From a virus (taxonomy: Duplodnaviria > Heunggongvirae > Uroviricota > Caudoviricetes), in IMG/VR virus record IMGVR_UViG_3300029923_000009: a DNA stretch of 64,000 nucleotides. The stretch is one strand, 5' to 3'. The notes below the pieces were generated by a model, which saw only the letters and a list, made by a program, of their open reading frames with translations, was not told where the DNA came from and did no database searches. The position numbers were made by a program, and so were the translations under genes. Of the stretch, positions 55,447 to 64,000 are shown in pieces (position 1 is the first letter of the stretch; each line of letters begins with the position of its first letter).

Positions 55447-56352
55447 TTAATTATCCTTTATTTTAAAAAATCCATTACCATATTTTGTTAAATCATCTAA
55501 TGTCCTAATATCACCTAATTTTAAATTCTTTTCAAAAGTCGAATTTACACCTCTATCAATTTTTACATTAATAAAAGTTTTTGGTGTCTCTATTATTCCA
55601 AGTAAATAGTCTGATTTTATGTTTGGTGAACTTATCGAATTCTCAGCAGTCAGACCATTTGTTAAATAAGAAATATTAGAAATTCCACTGGATACATCTT
55701 TATAATGAATACCTGTTGTCTCTAATTCATTCTCTGTGGCACCTATTATATATTCATATAATCCTTGATTTTCACCACTAAAATCACTACTCTCTGAAAT
55801 AATTTTATTTATATTACCATAAGAGCTTTTAATTTCTTGGGTAAATCCACTATTCCATGTTGGATTATAAAGGTCTCTATCACTGTTTGATTTTGAATAT
55901 CTTCTAAACTCATTAATCTTACTTTCACCTGTAAACGTGATAATATTATTATCTGCTGGTTCAATTGTATTTAATTCCCAATCACTTAAATCGAATATTG
56001 ATAATTTACTTTGATTTTTAGTACATCGATAACTGTGTCCATTATATAATTTACTTTCACCTGCGAAATATAATTTATTCGGTACCCAATTTTCAATTTT
56101 TGGTTCTAATACACCAATATCATCTGCGCTCTGTATAAATAAAATATTAAAAGAACACAAATTTGATGTATAAGTTGTATTTTTACCGACGTAATATTCA
56201 ACTTCACCATTATCTTTTATTCCAATTAATTCACCCCAGTGTGATGTTATACCTGTATAATCAATATCTTCTGGAATCAACCCATTAATTATATAAGGGT
56301 TTACTCTACAAATATAATCACTTAAGTATATTGTCTTTTTAATTAATTCCAT
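55447..56352 (-). CDS. Putative structural protein with CBM5/12-like module
   Basis: NWVPNKLYFAGESKLYNGHSYRCTKNQ...DWEL. Confidence 0.55.
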   Translation of the reverse strand: MELIKKTIYLSDYICRVNPYIINGLIPEDIDYTGITSHWGELIGIKDNGEVEYYVGKNTTYTSNLCSFNILFIQSADDIGVLEPKIENWVPNKLYFAGESKLYNGHSYRCTKNQSKLSIFDLSDWELNTIEPADNNIITFTGESKINEFRRYSKSNSDRDLYNPTWNSGFTQEIKSSYGNINKIISESSDFSGENQGLYEYIIGATENELETTGIHYKDVSSGISNISYLTNGLTAENSISSPNIKSDYLLGIIETPKTFINVKIDRGVNSTFEKNLKLGDIRTLDDLTKYGNGFFKIKDN

Positions 56353-57164
56353 TATTTAACTTTAGCCTGATATAAATTTATTACCGTATTTTCAGTATTA
56401 TAGTCGTTAAACCAATAAACATATTTATTTAAGTTTGTATTATATTCAATATTTATAGGGATAAACATATTTGATTTTAAATCAGATAAATTAAATCCAT
56501 TTACTGATCCATGCGAATAATCTTTTAAAAATAATGAAGTTTTACCATTTAATGCGCTATTATATTCAACTTTCATATAAATAGTAGTAATAGTATTTTT
56601 TAATATATCACTTCCAAATAAATAAATATAAAAACCTTCAAAAGAAGCTATTTTTAAACTTGTTCTTGGATTATAAATAGTAAAATCAGTCATTAATGTA
56701 CTCATTGATAAGCCGTTATTAATATATTTATCATATAAGTCTCCTGAATTGATAAAAATAGTTGAATAATATAATAAATTCTGTACTTTTATATCATTTG
56801 AATCATAAAATGATAGTCTAATGAAGTTGTTGCTTAACCTTTTTCTTCTATTAATTACATCATCGCTCGTATAGCCAATATCTGATAATAATGTAGAATT
56901 ATATGTCCAATTATTTGAAATATAAAAATGTAATTTAAACGTTATAGATTGAATATCGTTATTAATATTGCTGGAAATTATTGGGTGTAACCTAACTTTT
57001 TCAAAATCGATTGTTGGATTAATTACGTTCAGGTTGCTAATATCAAATTTGTTTTCAATAACTTCGTATTGTTCTGAATTTGGATAAAATAATTGCCCGA
57101 TTTTAATTGATATATGATTATCGACCACATTTTCAGTATCTAAATTTATTTTATATTTTAACAT
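56352..57164 (-). CDS. Putative structural protein
   Basis: 270 aa, coupled in structural operon. Confidence 0.65.
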   Translation of the reverse strand: MLKYKINLDTENVVDNHISIKIGQLFYPNSEQYEVIENKFDISNLNVINPTIDFEKVRLHPIISSNINNDIQSITFKLHFYISNNWTYNSTLLSDIGYTSDDVINRRKRLSNNFIRLSFYDSNDIKVQNLLYYSTIFINSGDLYDKYINNGLSMSTLMTDFTIYNPRTSLKIASFEGFYIYLFGSDILKNTITTIYMKVEYNSALNGKTSLFLKDYSHGSVNGFNLSDLKSNMFIPINIEYNTNLNKYVYWFNDYNTENTVINLYQAKVK

Positions 57165-59443
57165 ATACTATTTTGGTTGCTGAATCTATTATTAATTAAA
57201 ATATCGTTTGTTGTATTATCACCATATAAATCAGATGGAAATGTCCTACTCTTTAAACCGTAAAGTCCAAAAGGATCTTGTCTTTTTACCACTAAATTTA
57301 TAGCTTTGTTTAGGTATAACCTTCCATTTGTAAATTGAATATCGTTATTAAATTGTGATTCACTATCAAAAATTCCTTCTGGTAATATATCTCGCCAAAG
57401 TATTCTACCATTGTTCATATCATTCCCATATGATGGTATTGAATCACTATAATATCTTTTGAATTGATATATATTATTATTTATATCTTCAATCGCACCA
57501 AAAAAAATAGAATTATATGGTATTAAAATTGACTTATTTATATCTCCCCTTATTCTAATATTTAAAGTTAAAGTTTTAATTATATTATTATTTGAATCTA
57601 CCTTATTTATTCTAATTCTATCAAAATCTAAAAAGTTTTTTGAATTACTTATCTTTAAAATTAAATATTGTATATCGCTTTCTGAACCAACATATGAATT
57701 TAAATTAATAATATTACCATCTTTATTTAACCCCAAAGTAAATATATCGTCTTCACAACTTACAATTGTATTTAATTCACCTTGATTTATAATAGAGGAA
57801 TAATTTTTAATTTGTATTTTATAATGTGGGTTATAAAAATAGCCTTCATTTCTTGGTTCGAGATACATTTTTTGATCTTCATCGTAGAATGAAGTATATG
57901 TGTGATTTATAGTATGATATTCAAAAACATTATCTAATCGTTCTCTCTGAACCGTATTAAATCTATGCATTACATTATCTAATACAATTTCCTTTACTAA
58001 GGATTTATTATATTCGACTATATCACATAAAAATTTATTATTATTTGATGAGCCATTTATTGTTATATCTTCTTCTAATGGTATTTCTATAGTATTGTTC
58101 GAATTAATTAATCTTATATTTGAATAACCATTAACATATGGAGCTTCATCAATTCCAGATGTTACATTACCAAATATATTATTATGACCTAAAGTATCGG
58201 ATGTCTTCCCTTTTTTTATTATTGTTAAATATAATTCACTGATTGGCCTACCTAAGTTATCAGACAAAAGACTTATATCAATATCATCAATAAATTGAAT
58301 CTGATGAATTTTATCACCAAAAATATTTCTTGAAAATGCAAGCTGATAATTATCTGATGTTATCTGCGTTGTATTACCTGTTATTTTACTTTCAATATTT
58401 TCGATTGTTATTTCATCTGTATCGAATTTAAAATTAGGTACTTTTCTTAATTCTCTAATGTAATAATCTGATTCGACACCATCCACTATCTTAACTATCC
58501 GTTTTGTTTTTATACTATTTAAAAAGTCTACATCATTTAGATCTGAATATTTATCAATATCTAATATAAATGTACATTCTTTATTCAACCCATTAATATC
58601 ACCAACATTATAAATTTGATAAGTTTTACCAATTGGTGAATTAGTATATTTAAAAGAAATTATATCGTGTTGATTTAATTTATTTTTATATGAGGTCGTT
58701 ATTTGTAGGTAATTACCATTTTCATTTGCATATCCAATAACACCATCTGATATTGGTAATCCATTTATTCCGTTCGCATCTGTAACTAATATATGATCTA
58801 TAATATTTTTATATGGATAAGTAACGCAATAATCCCAATTATCCTCTGGTTTTTCATTTATAATCATCGGGCTAAAACTAAAATATTCTCTAGTTGGAAA
58901 TAAATCAATTTTTTCGCATGGTAATTTATTTATAAACATGCGATTATTATTAATCTTACCAGCATTTAAAAAATACATCCACCCATTATCTTCAAATAAA
59001 TTATTATCTACAGAATCTTGAATTGAACTAACATTTTTCAATGATGTACCAATAAAACTATCTAATGAGGTACCTTTTTTAAAGGTGTTTACTCTTAAAA
59101 AATGATTATCAAAAATATCATACCCACAATTATATGTAAATTCTGGATTGATTGTTTTAATAGCATTTAATCTAGTACTTCCAGTTATTTCTATATCCCC
59201 ATCATATATTTGAGTTATTGGATTTATTAACACGTTTGTTGCAATTGTATTTATTGTGATAGTTAACCTGTATTTTGTACAAGAATTTATCTCGTTATCA
59301 AATATTTGATAACTATTAACAATTTTATTAATGTTAGAAATAGGTAATTGCCTTGAAGTTTGTTCTAGCTCCATGGTTTGATAAAAAGCTGTATTAACAG
59401 CTTTCTTATTCTTATTCTTATTTAATGCTATTTTTATATTCAT
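57158..59443 (-). CDS. Putative structural (tail/baseplate) protein
   Basis: 761 aa, coupled in structural operon. Confidence 0.65.
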   Translation of the reverse strand: MNIKIALNKNKNKKAVNTAFYQTMELEQTSRQLPISNINKIVNSYQIFDNEINSCTKYRLTITINTIATNVLINPITQIYDGDIEITGSTRLNAIKTINPEFTYNCGYDIFDNHFLRVNTFKKGTSLDSFIGTSLKNVSSIQDSVDNNLFEDNGWMYFLNAGKINNNRMFINKLPCEKIDLFPTREYFSFSPMIINEKPEDNWDYCVTYPYKNIIDHILVTDANGINGLPISDGVIGYANENGNYLQITTSYKNKLNQHDIISFKYTNSPIGKTYQIYNVGDINGLNKECTFILDIDKYSDLNDVDFLNSIKTKRIVKIVDGVESDYYIRELRKVPNFKFDTDEITIENIESKITGNTTQITSDNYQLAFSRNIFGDKIHQIQFIDDIDISLLSDNLGRPISELYLTIIKKGKTSDTLGHNNIFGNVTSGIDEAPYVNGYSNIRLINSNNTIEIPLEEDITINGSSNNNKFLCDIVEYNKSLVKEIVLDNVMHRFNTVQRERLDNVFEYHTINHTYTSFYDEDQKMYLEPRNEGYFYNPHYKIQIKNYSSIINQGELNTIVSCEDDIFTLGLNKDGNIINLNSYVGSESDIQYLILKISNSKNFLDFDRIRINKVDSNNNIIKTLTLNIRIRGDINKSILIPYNSIFFGAIEDINNNIYQFKRYYSDSIPSYGNDMNNGRILWRDILPEGIFDSESQFNNDIQFTNGRLYLNKAINLVVKRQDPFGLYGLKSRTFPSDLYGDNTTNDILINNRFSNQNSIC

Positions 59444-59449
59444 ATGCTA

Positions 59450-60070
59450 CTAGTCAATTGGCATTGGAATTGGCCCTGTTGATAAAACAATAGTATCATT
59501 ATAGTTATAATTACATAGATTATCACTTAATATTTCACCAAGAGGATCAACATATACATTATTTATCGTAGAAGTATTATGTATACTCGTACCCATCGAG
59601 GTAGTTCCACCTTTAAATATGGTAAGACTAATTGTAATCAATAATTCTTTACTATTATCATAATAATTAATTACTCGTGTTATATTGCTGCCAACTGGTA
59701 TGCTTGATCTTAATACTACAGTTGTACTAATTGACCCAGGTGTTGAAGTAAATTTAATATACGCAGTAGGTTTCACTATCGGCATAAGTATTCTAGTTTG
59801 ATCCCACAATATAGTATCATATAGATTTGGGTCTGATGTAAGATAATAATCTTTTATATAATCTTTGAAATGACCAAGCCTTTCATTAAAATCAGCAACC
59901 GTTAATTGTTGGAATGACGTTCCAGTTAATTGTTCGTATGTTGTTCCAGTAACCTCGAACGACATTACGCCATTATGTGTTTCTGTTATAACTGATGGTG
60001 GCGTATTATCATCCATTTTTGTTATTATTAACTCCAATGATCGTTTATATCCTGTTTCTATTAATCCCAT
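59450..60070 (-). CDS. Putative structural protein
   Basis: 206 aa, T/S-rich. Confidence 0.6.
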   Translation of the reverse strand: MGLIETGYKRSLELIITKMDDNTPPSVITETHNGVMSFEVTGTTYEQLTGTSFQQLTVADFNERLGHFKDYIKDYYLTSDPNLYDTILWDQTRILMPIVKPTAYIKFTSTPGSISTTVVLRSSIPVGSNITRVINYYDNSKELLITISLTIFKGGTTSMGTSIHNTSTINNVYVDPLGEILSDNLCNYNYNDTIVLSTGPIPMPID

Positions 60071-60084
60071 TTTTTTATTTTTTT

Positions 60085-63000
60085 TTAATTTGATTCTTCT
60101 AATTCAGCAACATAATTTATAAATTCAGCATTATATCCTGAGTCTGGAAGCTTAGTTTCTATAAAATAGTTGATAAATTGACTTGTATAAAGATAATTAA
60201 TATTAAAAGTATATTGTTTTATATTGGTAGCACAACCTATTTCATAAATCATAATAACATATAAACCAACACCTAAATCTGTTATAGCTAAAGTGTTAGT
60301 AGATATTACACCGCTAAACAATAAGACGCCATTTTTATATAATTTATATGAGTTTGATGTATTACTTGAGTTATCATTAAGAATATCTGTAATTAACAAT
60401 TCACCCTTATTCGAATCTATTGTTGTTGTATTTTTTATCAAATATTTATAAGATATTCCTATGTTTTTAGGTAAAAATATTGATTTTACTACTATATTAT
60501 TATTACCATCAATAACTTTAATACTATAATATTTAGATTTTAACCCATCTATTAATATTTCATTATCACTTGAAATATTTGAACTACACATAACATCATC
60601 CAGATAAACATCATATGGATAAACCGCTTTGCTAGTTTTTACGCTTAATATACCATTTTCAATTTCACAAATACCTTCTTTTGTTTTAACTATAAGATTT
60701 AAAGTGAATTTTTCTTTTTCAATCGTAGAGCATGGTACAAAATATTGATTGTTAAATAAATCTATTGCTGTAGAACCAGGTTTAATTCCAAAATAGAAAT
60801 AAAAAGAATTCTCATATCTCGGAAACGAATAATCCCCAGTATAATAATTTCCATTTAAATTATCAGTACCAAATCTAAAAGTATAATAATCTAATATGAA
60901 CCCATCTTGCGCAAATACCGACCTCAATTTTCCATCAAAACCATTTGGATAGTTATAAATAAAATCATATTTTGGTTGATTAAAAGAATTAACACTTGTT
61001 GATAAATTATTAATATTTAATGTTGAAAACATACCTCTAACATCCCCGTCAGTGATTTCATCTGTTGATATATATCCATCAATTAATTTAACTAAATCAT
61101 AACCATCAGATGTAGACCCAACATGTTTTTCATCGAAATCTACACCTATTTCGCATAATCTCGTGGCGTTAACACAAGATTTAACAATAGTATTACTGTC
61201 CATACAACTAACACCCACAAATAAACCATTTATTTCATATCCTGGGGTATTACCCCAATCAATACCAGACATTTCTTTTTGTATACTAGGTGAATTCTCT
61301 TTTACATCTGTATAATCACCATCTGGTTCAAAGCTATCAGGTGGTAATTTAAACGACGTACTTGGTAATAGTTGATGTAATTGTGGTATACCATCCTGGT
61401 CACAATCCAATAAACTACCTAATAGAATAATATCTGTACTATATAAATATTTATTACCTGGAAATTCAACCGCCCTATAATAAAAAATGTCATCTACTTC
61501 ATTTCTATTTATTGTCCCTCTATATATCTGATCTATTGATTTCTTTTTATAACAATTTTGTTTATCATTACAGTTTATTGTCGTATCAACATTAATAATG
61601 CCATCTTTACTAATAGATGGGGCGCATGATTGTACCAAAAATAAATTAGTATACTTCTGAACCCACGACCCACAATACACTGGGTCTTGCTTACCAGTCT
61701 TTCTATTTTTCTTTGTTTTTGTTAAAAATCTGGGGGCGTATAAACTTCCATTTATCCAGTCATTTGTAAAATCAAAATTAACAACTTCATTCTCAGATGA
61801 TAACTGTGTTTCAACACAACTTATTATATTACCAATTAATGTATTATTGGAAATTCCAGGTCCACCACTTCCATCTATACCATCACCTTTGAACCAATTA
61901 TCGATACCATAAATACTATTCGTAGCGGCTTCTTCATCTCCGTACATCCACTTATGTATCTTAGAAAATGGTACAAATAAAGATTTTCCTTTCCAATCTA
62001 TTGTTGAACATACATCCCCAGCTAATTTAACATCCAAAGCTAAAAAACCCATAACAATTAATGGAACATTATGATTTATAAGGGTAATTATATAGTTTAT
62101 ATATCCAACTGTCTTAATAAAAAAAGTCGTTAACAAACATATTAACATAAATCTCAAATTAATGTTGACCCAAATATTATTATATGGGGCTGGGTTATTA
62201 TTTCCATGATAATTCACGGACTTTAGTCCTGTGAAATGTCTATCTGCAGAAATATCCTTTAAAAAAGCACTCTTTCCAGTTCTAGGTATATAATTTTTTA
62301 CTGAATATACCTTATTCCACATTAAATTAACAAAACTAAATTCTTTACAATTTGAACTAAACTCATAATCATCATATAACTCTGATTTTGGTTTATTTGG
62401 TATTAAATATACACCTGTTTTACTTTGTACGAAGTCATCTCCATTATCATCTAGCGTTATTCTAAACCTTACTTTTGCGCTTGTTGGTATTCCTTTTGTT
62501 GGATCTGTTGTTGGTACCAAATTACCAAATTCATCTGTAACAACATAGTCTAAATTCATTGGTATTTGATAGCACCAAACCCCATCGTTATTAATTAACC
62601 TACCACCATTAATATCAAATAATTCAATTTCATCATTTATCGTTTTACGTATCATTTCAATTGAACCTTGAGATGTAGTTAATTCACTCATAACACCAGT
62701 TGTTGTATCTGGCCGACAAGTTTTACTAATTGAACTTTTTTGTGAATCTGTGAAAATACTTCCCATGAAAACACAGGTTGGCTCGAATTTATATTGTATA
62801 TTAATAGTTTTTTTTGTAATTGCTAATTCTGATTGTGATTCATCTCCCCAAAATGGATATACAAAGATAGTAGTATCTTGGCTTATTATTTGTGGTAATG
62901 AATCTAAGTTTGTACTTGTTTTAAATTTATTTGGACTATCAAATTGTTTTATATTATAACCTTTATATTCCATATCTCTTGGTGCTTGTGATAAAACACC

Positions 63001-63531
63001 TATATCTGATAAATCAATATCAACATGAATTTGCTGTGATCCAGTAGGTATACCGAAAAACATATAGTCACCAGATTCGTTCGTTATAGTTGTATATTTA
63101 TAAAAATCATTAAAAGTATCTAATTTAATATTATTATCTAATATATCTCTTTTTGACGGCAATGACCCTACGTTTTGGTGACATTTATTAACCTTTTTAT
63201 CTGGTAGTAAATTATATCTTATACCATCTGAGTTTTTATCAGCTGTTGTATTAAAAGGATATAATATATTTTTATCAATTGCCTGATTTGTTGATTTGTT
63301 TGATATAAATATAGAAATTTTTGCGTTTGGAATTCCAAAACCATCGTTTGCTAGAACGCGTCCCACTACAACACCATATTCAGATGTATACATTCTATAA
63401 ACATCTTCTTGTGATATTGATAATGATAATACCTCTAATAAATCAAAGTCTTGATCAAGTTTAACATTAATATGATCGACTGGATTTAATTGGTCGTATT
63501 TTATTCTGAAAGTTTTATTATTTTCCACCAT
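60085..63531 (-). CDS. Large putative tail/baseplate protein with carboxypeptidase-regulatory-like and C-terminal Ig/SprB-like domains
   Basis: 1148 aa; VVVGRVLANDGFGIPNAKISIF...TITNESGDYMFFGIPTG; many Cys. Confidence 0.65.
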   Translation of the reverse strand: MVENNKTFRIKYDQLNPVDHINVKLDQDFDLLEVLSLSISQEDVYRMYTSEYGVVVGRVLANDGFGIPNAKISIFISNKSTNQAIDKNILYPFNTTADKNSDGIRYNLLPDKKVNKCHQNVGSLPSKRDILDNNIKLDTFNDFYKYTTITNESGDYMFFGIPTGSQQIHVDIDLSDIGVLSQAPRDMEYKGYNIKQFDSPNKFKTSTNLDSLPQIISQDTTIFVYPFWGDESQSELAITKKTINIQYKFEPTCVFMGSIFTDSQKSSISKTCRPDTTTGVMSELTTSQGSIEMIRKTINDEIELFDINGGRLINNDGVWCYQIPMNLDYVVTDEFGNLVPTTDPTKGIPTSAKVRFRITLDDNGDDFVQSKTGVYLIPNKPKSELYDDYEFSSNCKEFSFVNLMWNKVYSVKNYIPRTGKSAFLKDISADRHFTGLKSVNYHGNNNPAPYNNIWVNINLRFMLICLLTTFFIKTVGYINYIITLINHNVPLIVMGFLALDVKLAGDVCSTIDWKGKSLFVPFSKIHKWMYGDEEAATNSIYGIDNWFKGDGIDGSGGPGISNNTLIGNIISCVETQLSSENEVVNFDFTNDWINGSLYAPRFLTKTKKNRKTGKQDPVYCGSWVQKYTNLFLVQSCAPSISKDGIINVDTTINCNDKQNCYKKKSIDQIYRGTINRNEVDDIFYYRAVEFPGNKYLYSTDIILLGSLLDCDQDGIPQLHQLLPSTSFKLPPDSFEPDGDYTDVKENSPSIQKEMSGIDWGNTPGYEINGLFVGVSCMDSNTIVKSCVNATRLCEIGVDFDEKHVGSTSDGYDLVKLIDGYISTDEITDGDVRGMFSTLNINNLSTSVNSFNQPKYDFIYNYPNGFDGKLRSVFAQDGFILDYYTFRFGTDNLNGNYYTGDYSFPRYENSFYFYFGIKPGSTAIDLFNNQYFVPCSTIEKEKFTLNLIVKTKEGICEIENGILSVKTSKAVYPYDVYLDDVMCSSNISSDNEILIDGLKSKYYSIKVIDGNNNIVVKSIFLPKNIGISYKYLIKNTTTIDSNKGELLITDILNDNSSNTSNSYKLYKNGVLLFSGVISTNTLAITDLGVGLYVIMIYEIGCATNIKQYTFNINYLYTSQFINYFIETKLPDSGYNAEFINYVAELEESN

Positions 63532-63820
63532 TTTTACTTCTATTGAATAGTTTTAAAAAATTAATATTTAATATTGTTGGTTTTTTTAATATCCCATGCA
63601 AAATAAATATTAATATTAATATCGGTATTGCTAACGTAAATAATAATAGTAATAATATCGAGTAAACTAAATATTTTAATATTTTAAAAAATATTTTATT
63701 AAAACACCTTCTTTCTTTTAGATGAGTCTTACTTGTTGATAAGTTAATATCATCGACAGTTTTTATCATCTTAATAATGTTTTTCGTTGCTTTGCAATTA
63801 CAGTCTTTATTTTTTATCAT
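63518..63820 (-). CDS. Small membrane protein
   Basis: 100 aa; CNC N-terminus and long TM segment. Confidence 0.6.
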   Translation of the reverse strand: MIKNKDCNCKATKNIIKMIKTVDDINLSTSKTHLKERRCFNKIFFKILKYLVYSILLLLLFTLAIPILILIFILHGILKKPTILNINFLKLFNRSKNGGK

Positions 63821-63999
63821 TATTTTGATTTTACCCTAATAATTATGTCTGATTTTGGGTTTTTAATTTCAAACATAGTATCTGAATTTGAATACAATAT
63901 ACCATCGGTGGCAATTAAATCTATTTGTACTCGATTCATGTATTCTGTATTTGTTATTGTTGGCTGTTTTATTTGGTTAGGGGAATACCCCGTAGAATA
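63820..63999 (-). CDS. 3' end of a probable baseplate wedge (gp6-like) gene truncated by the window edge
   Basis: Open frame ...QIDLIATDGILYSNSDTMFEIKNPKSDIIIRVKSK*; stop overlaps next ATG. Confidence 0.5.
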   Translation of the reverse strand, partial: YSTGYSPNQIKQPTITNTEYMNRVQIDLIATDGILYSNSDTMFEIKNPKSDIIIRVKSK

Positions 64000-64000
64000 A

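Noticed and set aside
256-62959. Short overlapping or antisense ORFs in the track (e.g. 256-549, 950-1180, 5997-6359, 18754-19176, 22570-22791, 23960-24202, 41631-41912, 50065-50496)
   Set aside because: They lie within or opposite well-supported genes, with no motifs or promoters; treated as shadow ORFs.
1-64000. Stop-codon reassignment as seen in some Bacteroidota phages
   Set aside because: Long conserved genes are intact in the standard code, and TAA, TAG and TGA all end coupled genes; only two small ORFs have an internal TAA.
1-64000. Prophage or host chromosomal origin
   Set aside because: No integrase, att site, housekeeping operons or rRNA; dense small ORFs, baseplate genes and a phage sigma indicate a lytic jumbo phage.

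Overview
A 64-kb segment of a very AT-rich lytic jumbo myophage genome (Caudoviricetes; no integrase, tRNA or rRNA seen). The host is almost certainly Bacteroidota: nine exact TTG-N20-TAnnTTTG promoters, no Shine-Dalgarno sites, and DUF4494- and DUF3127-like genes. Bases 1-15.0 kb are mostly a plus-strand accessory/anti-defence block: macrodomain, RlmN-like radical SAM, PRPS-like plus Nampt-like pair (NARP1-type NAD+ reconstitution), PNK/phosphatase and a CCA-adding enzyme. Bases 15.2-51.2 kb are mostly minus-strand genes: three DNA methyltransferases, 5'-3' exonuclease, a tnpB-only IS605-family insertion, ClpC-like ATPase, T5 A1-like nuclease, SSB-like protein, GMP reductase/IMPDH, a sigma70 factor and a gp46/SbcC ATPase. 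Bases 51.3-64 kb are baseplate/tail structural genes. The most unusual element is a cas-less CRISPR-like mini-array at 37736-37885 (36-nt hairpin repeats, 29-nt GC-richer unique spacers, exact 65-nt period) whose repeat also encodes the C-terminus of a 141-aa phage protein. Also notable: a twice-repeated cassette of unannotated ribbon-helix-helix gene plus Zn-repeat protein with swapped nuclease domains, a TATTTATA putative late promoter, and two candidate structured RNAs. All family assignments come from motif recognition by eye; no searches were run.
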